Shown: in pieces, positions 39,647 to 47,288 of the stretch
How the letters are laid out: every line of letters begins with the position of its first letter
Numbering within the stretch: position 1 is the stretch's first letter
NCBI GenBank assembly: GCA_037439785.1
Contig: JBBIVJ010000001.1
Span: forward strand, 33,114-97,113
DNA length: 64,000 nt
Source: Verrucomicrobiales bacterium
Lineage (GTDB): Bacteria; Verrucomicrobiota; Verrucomicrobiia; Limisphaerales; J093
Direction of reading: 5' to 3'
Translations under genes and position numbers: made by a program
Notes under the pieces: generated by a model
Databases searched by the model: none
What the model saw: only the letters and a program-made list of their open reading frames with translations
What the model was told of the DNA's origin: nothing

Positions 39647-40462
39647 ATGACAGCCCTTCGTCTGCCTTCGGCCCGGCCTGGACACTGGAGTCTCCGGGTA
39701 GCCCTGCTTCCCCTTGTCTGCTGCACGGCCGCATGGACGGCCGAGCTGGTTTACGCCCGCGATGGCTCGGGCGTTTACGGGTATCGGGACACCCCCAAGC
39801 TGCCGTGGTGCGACTGGCGGGTTCATGATCCCGACCGCCCCGCCCCCCCGCGCGTGGACCCGGGGCCGCCCGGACCGCCGGCAGCCATTCCCGGGGATGC
39901 CATCGTCCTGTTCAACGGCCGGGACCTTTCCGCCTGGCAGCCCCACCAGTGGACGGTCGAACAGGGTGAAATCGTCGCCGGCGAGGGCAACCTGGTTTCC
40001 AGGGCCGAGTTTGGGGACTGCCAGATGCATCTGGAATGGATGGCCCCCGCAGGTTTTGAAGGCCCCTGGTACAATCGCGGTAACAACGGCGTCCTGCTCA
40101 TGGGCCGCTTCGAAATCCAAATCTTCGACTCCTTCAACGAAAAGATTTACCCCGACGGCCAGGCGGCCGCCATCTACGGGCAAACCCCGCCCCGCGTCAA
40201 CGTCACCCGCCCGCCGGGACAATGGCAGAGCTACGACCTGGTCTTTTTCGCCCCGCGCTTCGAGGGCTCCCGGCTGGTTCGCCCCGCCCGCCTGACCCTC
40301 TTCCACAACGGCGTGCTGGTGCACTGGGACGAGGTCATCCACGGCGACACCGGCCATCGCATCCTCCCCGAGTACAAATCCACCGCCACCACCGGCCCTT
40401 TGGTCCTGGGCGGCCACGGCTGTCCGGTGCGTTTTCGCAACATCTGGGTCCGCCGTCTGTGA
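39647..40462 (+). CDS. DUF1080-domain protein (3-keto-disaccharide hydrolase-like), secreted
   Basis: An internal ATG gives 271 aa. LFNGRDLSAW ... W.VEQGEIV ... DCQMHLEW ... GNNGVLLMGRFEIQIFDS ... LGGHGCPVRFRNIWV. The upstream part of the 756-aa track ORF is antisense to the OMP gene. Confidence 0.85.
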   Translation: MTALRLPSARPGHWSLRVALLPLVCCTAAWTAELVYARDGSGVYGYRDTPKLPWCDWRVHDPDRPAPPRVDPGPPGPPAAIPGDAIVLFNGRDLSAWQPHQWTVEQGEIVAGEGNLVSRAEFGDCQMHLEWMAPAGFEGPWYNRGNNGVLLMGRFEIQIFDSFNEKIYPDGQAAAIYGQTPPRVNVTRPPGQWQSYDLVFFAPRFEGSRLVRPARLTLFHNGVLVHWDEVIHGDTGHRILPEYKSTATTGPLVLGGHGCPVRFRNIWVRRL

Positions 40463-41297
40463 CTGCCGCCGGCGACCTGTCCGCTGCCGATCCCGTCCGC
40501 CACGTCGCCGCCCCGTTGCCCTCGCTGCCCGCAATTTCCGGTTTCCCGGCGCTGGCGGCGGTTCATAAGGACGGCGATCTGCTGGTGGTCAACAAACCCG
40601 CCGGCCTGGTCTGCCATCCAACCAAGGGCGGGCCGGCCTCCAGTCTCATTGGGCGGCTGCGCCTGTATTTGGGCGGGGCGGCGCGGCCCCAACTCATCCA
40701 CCGCCTGGACCGGGAAACCAGCGGCCTGGTGGTGGTGGCCCTTACCGCCCCCACGGCCCGCGATCTGCGCCAGATTTGGGAAACCCGCCGCGTCCGCAAA
40801 ACCTACCTCGCCATTGTCCACGGCGTCCCCCCTGCCGCCGCCGGCGAGGTGGACGCCCCCTGGGCCGCGACCCCGCCAGTGCTGCGGTCATCAAAGACAC
40901 CGTCCGGCCCGATGGCGCCCCGGCCCGCACGCGCTGGCAGGTGCGGCGGGTCTGGCGTCGCCCCGAGGGCGTGTTCAGCCTCCTGGAGGTCGAACCCCTG
41001 ACCGGTCGCAAGCACCAAATCCGCATCCACCTCGCCCACCTCGGCCATCCCCTTGTGGGCGACAAACTCTACGGCGGCGATGAACGCCTGTACCTGGACT
41101 TCGTGGCGGACCGGTTGAATGCCGCGCAGCAGGCGCGCCTTCTCCTGCCCTTTCACGCCCTGCACGCCGCCGGTCTGGCGTTCACCTGGCACGGTCGCGC
41201 GTGGCATTTCACGGCGCCGCCGGAACCGTGGTTCGAGGCCTTCCTGACCGGCGAGGCGCAAGTGTCCGAAGCCGCCGCGCGCGCCGCCGCCGCTTGA
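40459..41297 (+). pseudogene. RluA-family pseudouridine synthase interrupted by a -1 frameshift in a C5 run
   Basis: Frame 1 (GTG 40459, overlapping the upstream TGA) carries LLVVNKPAGL and the catalytic HRLDRETSGLVVVA. At 40856-40860 (ccccc) the reading must shift to the frame of track ORF 40776-41297 to continue DAP-LGRDPASAAVIKD ... GRKHQIRIHLAHLGHPLVGDKLYG. Confidence 0.75.
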
Positions 41298-41367
41298 TCT
41301 CACTGGTCCCGGGCTTTTGCCTTGACCCTCCCCCGGGTGCGTTTGATGCTCGCAACGCGTTCGCACC

Positions 41368-42450
41368 ATGAGCATCAACCGTTTGACCACCGTCGTGGCC
41401 GGGGTCTTGCTGAGCGTCTCCGCCGCCTCCCTCCACGCCGCCGAGCCCCCCGCGGCCGCGCCGCCCAAGACTTACCCGACCCTGGGCCAGGTCGAGCGGC
41501 TGGCGCCGGAACTGGACACCCTGATCGCCCCCGATGCCCAAATTGAAAAACTGGCCGGCGGCTTCGAGTGGGCCGAGGGTCCGGTCTGGGACAAAAAGAC
41601 TGACACGCTGCTGTTCTCCGACGTGCCGCGCAACGTGGTCTTCCAATGGCGCGAGGGGGTGGGCACGCGTGACTACCTTTACCCCAGCGGCTACACCGGC
41701 CCCCGCGCCCGCGAGGGCGTGGACCGTGAACAGGGCTCGAACGGTTTGACCTTTGATGCGCGGGGCCGGCTGGTGCTTTGCCAGCACGGGGACCGCCGCG
41801 TGGCCCGCCTCGAGGGGGGCCGCTTCCACACCCTGGCCGAATTTTACCTCCACCGCCGTTTCAACAGCCCCAACGACCTGGTGTACGCCGCCAACGGCAA
41901 CCTCTACTTCACCGATCCCCCCTACGGCCTGCCGCGGGACCCCGCCAACCCGGACCGCCGGCTCGGGCAGGAGCTGCTCTTCAGCGGCGTGTACCTGCTC
42001 CGGCCCTCCGGCGCCGTCGAGGCGCTGGTCAAGGACCTGACCTTCCCCAACGGCGTGGCGCTCTCCCCCGGGGGCAAAATCCTCTACGTCGCCGTCTCCG
42101 ATCCCCAAAACCCGGTCATCATGTCCTACCCGGTGCGGGAGGACGGCACCCTGGACCCCGGCATTGTCTTCTTCGATGCCCGCCCGCTGGCCCGGGCCGG
42201 TCGCAAGGGCCTGCCCGACGGCCTCAAGGTGGATTACCAGGGCAACGTCTTCGCCACCGGCCCCGGCGGGGTGCTCGTGCTCTCCCCGCTGGGCAAGCTG
42301 CTCGGCATCATCAACACCGGCGAGGCCACCGCCAACTGCGCCTTCGGTGACCCGGACGGTTCCCGCCTCTACTTGACCGCCGACAGGTATCTCTGCCGCA
42401 TCCAGACCCTCACCCGCGGCCAGGGGCAGTGGCGGGTGAAAAAACCCTGA
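41368..42450 (+). CDS. SMP-30/gluconolactonase/LRE-family protein, secreted
   Basis: Signal peptide. EGPVWD, LLFSDVP, SNGLTFD, FNSPNDLV, NLYFTDPPYG, PNGVALSP, PDGLKVD motifs. Confidence 0.85.
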   Translation: MSINRLTTVVAGVLLSVSAASLHAAEPPAAAPPKTYPTLGQVERLAPELDTLIAPDAQIEKLAGGFEWAEGPVWDKKTDTLLFSDVPRNVVFQWREGVGTRDYLYPSGYTGPRAREGVDREQGSNGLTFDARGRLVLCQHGDRRVARLEGGRFHTLAEFYLHRRFNSPNDLVYAANGNLYFTDPPYGLPRDPANPDRRLGQELLFSGVYLLRPSGAVEALVKDLTFPNGVALSPGGKILYVAVSDPQNPVIMSYPVREDGTLDPGIVFFDARPLARAGRKGLPDGLKVDYQGNVFATGPGGVLVLSPLGKLLGIINTGEATANCAFGDPDGSRLYLTADRYLCRIQTLTRGQGQWRVKKP

Positions 42451-42459
42451 GCCCCCGCG

Positions 42460-43017
42460 GTGGCCGCCGACCTTTTCGCCCGCCTCCAGCCGCTGTGGCA
42501 ACCCTTCGGCCTGCCGGCCCTGGGCCCGCAAGCCCGCCCCGGCACCTTGCCCCCGTCCACGCTCCAGAACCAACTGGTCGACCTCGCCCCGGCCGCTTCT
42601 CTGGACCCGCGCCGACGCCAGCTCCTGCTCGGCAGCTTTTGCTGGTGGCATGACCACCTGGAGGCCGCCCACACCTTCGCCCAGGCGATACCCGACGCCG
42701 ACGGCAGTTACCTCCACGCCCTGATGCACCGACGGGAACCGGACTTCGCCAATGCTGCCTACTGGTTTCGACGGGTGGGCGCCCATCCTCTCACCGCCGC
42801 CCTGACTGCGCGGGTCGGTCCGTGGCTACACGAACGCGGCGAAACCGCCCTGGCCGGGCGCCTGTTGCCGGGCGGGAGCTGGGATAAATTCGCCTTCCTT
42901 GATCTCTGCGCGGAATGCCTGAACCGGCCGGCGGGGGACGACCAGGTCCGGCTGGCCTGCGAACTTCAGGCGCTGGAGTTCCAGCTCTGGCTGCACCACC
43001 TCACCGGCGCCGGCTGA
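42460..43017 (+). CDS. hypothetical protein
   Basis: 185 aa. GTG start 10 nt after the previous stop. No motif recognised. Composition looks coding (helical, W/H-rich). Confidence 0.5.
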   Translation: MAADLFARLQPLWQPFGLPALGPQARPGTLPPSTLQNQLVDLAPAASLDPRRRQLLLGSFCWWHDHLEAAHTFAQAIPDADGSYLHALMHRREPDFANAAYWFRRVGAHPLTAALTARVGPWLHERGETALAGRLLPGGSWDKFAFLDLCAECLNRPAGDDQVRLACELQALEFQLWLHHLTGAG

Positions 43018-43097
43018 GCACCTGCCGGCCGCACCGACCTTGTCAACCCCGCTGCCCGGCCGGTACAACACGCCGGGCGCTCCGGGCGTCCGCTCGC

Positions 43098-44051
43098 ATG
43101 AAAAACCTGGTCACCGGCGGCGCCGGCTTCATCGGTTCCCACCTGGTCGAGGCCCTGGTCCACGCGGGGGAGCGCGTGGTGGTGCTGGACGACCTGAGCA
43201 GCGGCTCGCGCGCGAACCTGGCCGGCCTGCCCGCCGGCGCGCCGGTCGAATTCCTCGAGGGCAGCATCACCGACCCGGCCACCGTGCGCCGGGCCGTGGC
43301 CGGATGCCAACGGGTCTTCCACCTGGCGGCTTGGGTGTCCGTCCCGCAATCGGTCGCCGAGCCGTTGCAAACCCACCGGTGCAACGTCCACGGCACCCTC
43401 GGGGTGCTCACCGCCGCCCGTGCGGCCGGGGTGGACCGCGTGGTGCTGGCCTCCTCCTCGGCGGTTTACGGGGACGGCCCGGAACCGCGCAAACACGAAG
43501 CCCTGCCCCCGCGACCGCTCTCCCCCTACGCCCTGCAAAAATACACCGCCGAGCAGTACGGCCGGCTCTTTCACGCCCTCCACGGCCTGGAGACGGTGGC
43601 CCTGCGGTTTTTCAACGTCTTCGGCCCCCGTCAGCCCGCCGACTCCCCCTACGCCGGTGTGATTGCGCGGTTCTGCGCGGCGTTCCAGGCCGGACGCCCC
43701 CCCACCGTGTACGGCGACGGCCGGCAGATGCGCGATTTCGTGTACGTCACCGATGTGGTGCGGGCCCTGCAGGCCGCGGCGACCGCGCCCGGCGACCGCG
43801 TGGCCGGCCGGGTCTTCAACGTGGGCAGCGGCCACAGCCGCACCTTGCTGGAGCTGCTCGCGGCCTTGCAGCAACTCACCGGCCGCCACCTGGAACCCCG
43901 CTTCGCCCCCGCCCGGCCCGGCGACATCCGCCACTCCTGCCCGGACCTGACCGCCATCCAGGAGACGCTGGGTTGGCGCGCTGAGGTGCCGTGGGAGGAA
44001 GGGCTGGGCCGCACCCTGGCCCACAACCGCGGGACCGCGACCGTGACCTGA
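43098..44051 (+). CDS. NAD-dependent nucleotide-sugar epimerase/dehydratase (SDR family)
   Basis: An internal ATG gives 317 aa. GGAGFIGSHL Rossmann motif, catalytic SSSAVYG ... YALQK (YxxxK), RFFNVFGPRQ. Confidence 0.9.
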   Translation: MKNLVTGGAGFIGSHLVEALVHAGERVVVLDDLSSGSRANLAGLPAGAPVEFLEGSITDPATVRRAVAGCQRVFHLAAWVSVPQSVAEPLQTHRCNVHGTLGVLTAARAAGVDRVVLASSSAVYGDGPEPRKHEALPPRPLSPYALQKYTAEQYGRLFHALHGLETVALRFFNVFGPRQPADSPYAGVIARFCAAFQAGRPPTVYGDGRQMRDFVYVTDVVRALQAAATAPGDRVAGRVFNVGSGHSRTLLELLAALQQLTGRHLEPRFAPARPGDIRHSCPDLTAIQETLGWRAEVPWEEGLGRTLAHNRGTATVT

Positions 44052-44057
44052 GGCCGC

Positions 44058-44960
44058 TCAACGCAGCCGGTCCCACACCAGCAACCCCATCACCGCCGGC
44101 AGGTACAGCACCGAGGCCAGAAACAGCCCGCGCGCGCTGGCCCGCGCCAGGCTGCGCGCAAACCACACCGCCAGCCCCAGCATGGCCGCCCCCAACACCA
44201 ACGCTCCCGCCAGGTACGCCACCCCGGCCACCCCCAGCACAAACAGGCTCAGGCTCACCACCCACAGGCCCAGCGCATGGCTGATGCTTTGCAGCCCGGT
44301 CCGCTCCCCGTCCGGGTCCACCACCGGCAACATCTTCAGCCCGGCCCGCGCATAGTCCTCCCGGTACAGCCAGGCGATGGCCAGAAAATGCGGGACCTGC
44401 CAGAAAAACTGGAGCGCGAACAGGGCCCACCCGCCGGCGGAGACCTCCCCCGCCGCCGCCGCCCAGCCGATCAACGGCGGCATGGCCCCGGGCACCGCCC
44501 CCACGATGGTGTTGAGGGTCGAAACCCGTTTCAGCGGCGTGTACACGCCCAGATAAAGGGCCAGCGTCACCGCGCCCAGCGCCGCGGCCAGCAGAGAACC
44601 GCCCACGCACAGCCAGGCCAGCCCCCCCACCGCCAGCACGGCCCCGCCCAGCAGCGCCCCGCTCGGCGACACCCGCCCGGACGGCAGGGGACGCGAGCGG
44701 GTACGTTCCATCAGGGCGTCGGTGTCACGCTCCAGGTACTGGTTGAGCGCGGCAGCGCCTCCCGCCAGCAGGGCGGTGCCGCCCAGCGTGTGCAGCGCCC
44801 GCCACGCGTCCACCGGCCCCGGTGAACCCAGGTAGTACCCCGCGGCGGTGGTGAGCACCACCAGGGCATTGAGCCGTGCCTTGACCAGCTCGGTCAGCAC
44901 GGTCACCGCGGACTTGTCCGCGACCGGTTCACTCAACGAAGTTGCCATCAACGTCTGCAT
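44058..44960 (-). CDS. ctaB: protoheme IX farnesyltransferase (heme O synthase)
   Basis: An internal ATG gives 300 aa. UbiA-type motif NQYLERDTDALMERTRSRPLPSG and multiple TM helices. It starts 26 nt after ctaA. Confidence 0.9.
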   Translation of the reverse strand: MQTLMATSLSEPVADKSAVTVLTELVKARLNALVVLTTAAGYYLGSPGPVDAWRALHTLGGTALLAGGAAALNQYLERDTDALMERTRSRPLPSGRVSPSGALLGGAVLAVGGLAWLCVGGSLLAAALGAVTLALYLGVYTPLKRVSTLNTIVGAVPGAMPPLIGWAAAAGEVSAGGWALFALQFFWQVPHFLAIAWLYREDYARAGLKMLPVVDPDGERTGLQSISHALGLWVVSLSLFVLGVAGVAYLAGALVLGAAMLGLAVWFARSLARASARGLFLASVLYLPAVMGLLVWDRLR

Positions 44961-44986
44961 GATTTCGCCCGCCCCACGCTGCCCGC

Positions 44987-46192
44987 TCAAGCCGCCGACG
45001 TCCAGACCGGCGCCGGCCGGGCCGGCGTCGGTGACGCGGCTGTCTGCACCGGGGCGGCCTCCCGCGGCCGGCGCGAGGACCAGACGCCCAGCCCACCTCC
45101 GACTGCCAACAACAACGACCCCACCAGCACATGCAGGGTGGCAATGTCCGCGGCCTTGTTGGACCAGACCGTCCACGCCCCCAGCCCGAACTGCACCAGG
45201 ACCAGCCCCAGCCACAGTGCCGCCCCCCGCCGCACCGGATGTTCCCGCGGCAGGTGCCGGCGCGCCCGGCCCACCACCACAACCACCACCCCCAGCACCG
45301 CCACCGCGCCCAGCCGGTGGCTCATGTGCAACACCACATCCGCGGCCTCGATCGGTCGGGCGGCGTGGACTTCGATCCGCTGACGGTTGTAGCCGGCAAG
45401 GGACTCGGCGTCCAGCCGCGGCCAGAGCCGGCCGTGGGCGAGGGGAAAATCCGGCACCGCCAACCCGGCGTGGCGATGCCGCATCGAAGCGCCCAGGACC
45501 AGTTGCGCCACCACCAGGCCGAAGCCGATCCACACGAGCCGTTGGAGCCCTCGCGGCACCGCCGCCGGGAGTGCCCGCCGCCAGCCGGCACCGGTCCCCA
45601 ACGCCACCAGCACGAGCAGCAACAGGAAGCCCTGGGCCAGCACCGCGTGGACGACACCCAGTTCATCGGCCAGCCACACCACGCGCAAGCCGCCCAGCAG
45701 TCCCTGGACCTGCACCAGGGCCAGGGCCAGCCAGCCCAGCGCCGGCAGGGGACGCGGCGCGGGGGCGTTGCGCGCCCACACCGCCGCGGCCAGCAACACC
45801 ACCCCGCCAATGCCCGCCAGGAAGTGCCCGGCCCCCTTCAGTTCCGGCTTGAAGCCCACCAACGCCAGCCCCGCCAGCAGTTCCACCCCGCCCAGGATCG
45901 CCAGCGGACGCCGGGCCGGGGCGCCCCCCAGCCAGCGGGTCAAAAACACCACCAACGTGCCCACCACCGTCGCCCACAGCCGGTGGGTGTGTTCGTAAAA
46001 GATGCCCCCCTGCCAGAAATGGAAGGGCAGGGCAAACATGTTGTAGCCGTAGCTGGTGGGCCAGTCCGGCACTGCCAGCCCGGCCCCACGGCTGGTCACC
46101 AGACCGCCGATGGAAATCAGGCCCAGGGTGGCCGCCACGCAGATCCAGGCGTAGCGATGGAGGGCGCGCGACGCGGGAGCAGCATCCGACAT
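44987..46192 (-). CDS. ctaA: heme A synthase (COX15/CtaA family)
   Basis: 401 aa polytopic membrane protein. GAGLAVPDWPTSYG and conserved His-containing helices (EHTHRLWA, HMSHRLGA, HVLVG). Confidence 0.85.
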   Translation of the reverse strand: MSDAAPASRALHRYAWICVAATLGLISIGGLVTSRGAGLAVPDWPTSYGYNMFALPFHFWQGGIFYEHTHRLWATVVGTLVVFLTRWLGGAPARRPLAILGGVELLAGLALVGFKPELKGAGHFLAGIGGVVLLAAAVWARNAPAPRPLPALGWLALALVQVQGLLGGLRVVWLADELGVVHAVLAQGFLLLLVLVALGTGAGWRRALPAAVPRGLQRLVWIGFGLVVAQLVLGASMRHRHAGLAVPDFPLAHGRLWPRLDAESLAGYNRQRIEVHAARPIEAADVVLHMSHRLGAVAVLGVVVVVVGRARRHLPREHPVRRGAALWLGLVLVQFGLGAWTVWSNKAADIATLHVLVGSLLLAVGGGLGVWSSRRPREAAPVQTAASPTPARPAPVWTSAA

Positions 46193-46224
46193 GGGCCCAG
46201 TCTAGGCGCTCGGTCCGGGGAATC

Positions 46225-46257
46225 AAAAAACCGCTGCCCCCGGTCGGGCGGCAGCGG
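46225..46257 (-). terminator. rho-independent terminator downstream of the blue-copper protein gene
   Basis: 8-bp stem ccgctgcc/ggcagcgg (46231-46238 and 46250-46257). On the minus strand it is followed by T6 (A6 at 46225-46230). It lies 29 nt after the TAA at 46286 and before the ctaA start. Confidence 0.65.
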
Positions 46258-46285
46258 CGGGGAAGATTCCCGGCTCGGGCCGGGA

Positions 46286-46984
46286 TTACTTGGCTTCGAG
46301 GGTGAAGTTGACCTCTTTCTTGTCCGAGTCGGTCACGGTGATCTGTTGTGTGGCCTCGCCGGCCTTGAGGTGGTAGGCCACCAGGGTGTAGGTGCCGGCG
46401 GGCAGATCGCTCGGGAGCTTGAACTTCCCGTCCTTGTCGGTGACCGCAAACCACTGGTGGTCCATCACGCCCACGTAGGCAAACATCCAGGGGTGGACGT
46501 CGCACTTGATGCGCACCAGCACCTCGCGGTTGGCGAAGCTCTTTTCGGTCACCATCCCCTGCACCGGCTGGCCGATGTTGAATCCCTTGTTGCCGGCCAC
46601 CTTCGGTGTGGCGTGCACGTTGTGCATCAACGGGTCGGAGTTCTTGATCTTGAAGGGCTGGTTGGTCCGCACCCCCATCACGTACGGTACGAAGATGCAG
46701 TTGATCTGGTCCAGTAACGGTGTGTCGGAGGGCGGCTTCGAACCGGGCGGAGTTTCCTTGATGTACACAAACACGTTGGCCAGGCCGCCGTCCGGGGACA
46801 CCACGTAATGGCGCGTGAAGGCGTCCTGGGTGTGGAGTTTGCCACACAGGGCGTCGAACAGGATTTTCCTTTCCGGCGGCGGGGTGCCCTTGAGGGTCAC
46901 CCGGCCACTGATGTCCGCCGCGTGGAGGGGGAGCACCACGCCGACAGCCAGCAACGATGAGGTCAGCAGGGGAGGCAGGTTCAT
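46286..46984 (-). CDS. type-1 (blue) copper protein: cupredoxin domain plus a C-terminal beta-sandwich
   Basis: An internal ATG (MNLPPLLTSSLLAVGVVLPLHA, signal peptide). Candidate copper ligands: His in DPLMHNVHA and C-x2-H-x2-M in KCDVHPWM. The C-terminal DKDGKFKLPSDLPAGTYTLVAYH is carboxypeptidase-regulatory-like. Confidence 0.75.
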   Translation of the reverse strand: MNLPPLLTSSLLAVGVVLPLHAADISGRVTLKGTPPPERKILFDALCGKLHTQDAFTRHYVVSPDGGLANVFVYIKETPPGSKPPSDTPLLDQINCIFVPYVMGVRTNQPFKIKNSDPLMHNVHATPKVAGNKGFNIGQPVQGMVTEKSFANREVLVRIKCDVHPWMFAYVGVMDHQWFAVTDKDGKFKLPSDLPAGTYTLVAYHLKAGEATQQITVTDSDKKEVNFTLEAK

Positions 46985-47288
46985 GTTAACGACTTCGACC
47001 ACAGGTTTCGGTTCTCAAATCACGGCCAGTCTAGCAGCCCTCCCCCGCCCCGGCAAGCCCGGCCGCCCGAGCGGCTGGGCGGAGGCTTGACCTGCATCAA
47101 AGACAGCGCGGCGGGGACTTGCCCGAAGCATTTCGCCCGCTCCGTTGGCCGGCAGAGCGCATGACCGGGCCTTCGAGCGGGACGCCCCCAAGCCGATGGT
47201 CGGGGTCCTCACCCTGCTCCACTGCGTCCCCCTCGCCTCCGGGGCTCGCAGCCGCGCCGCGGGCCGGGGGCTGCGCCCCGCCGCGGGC

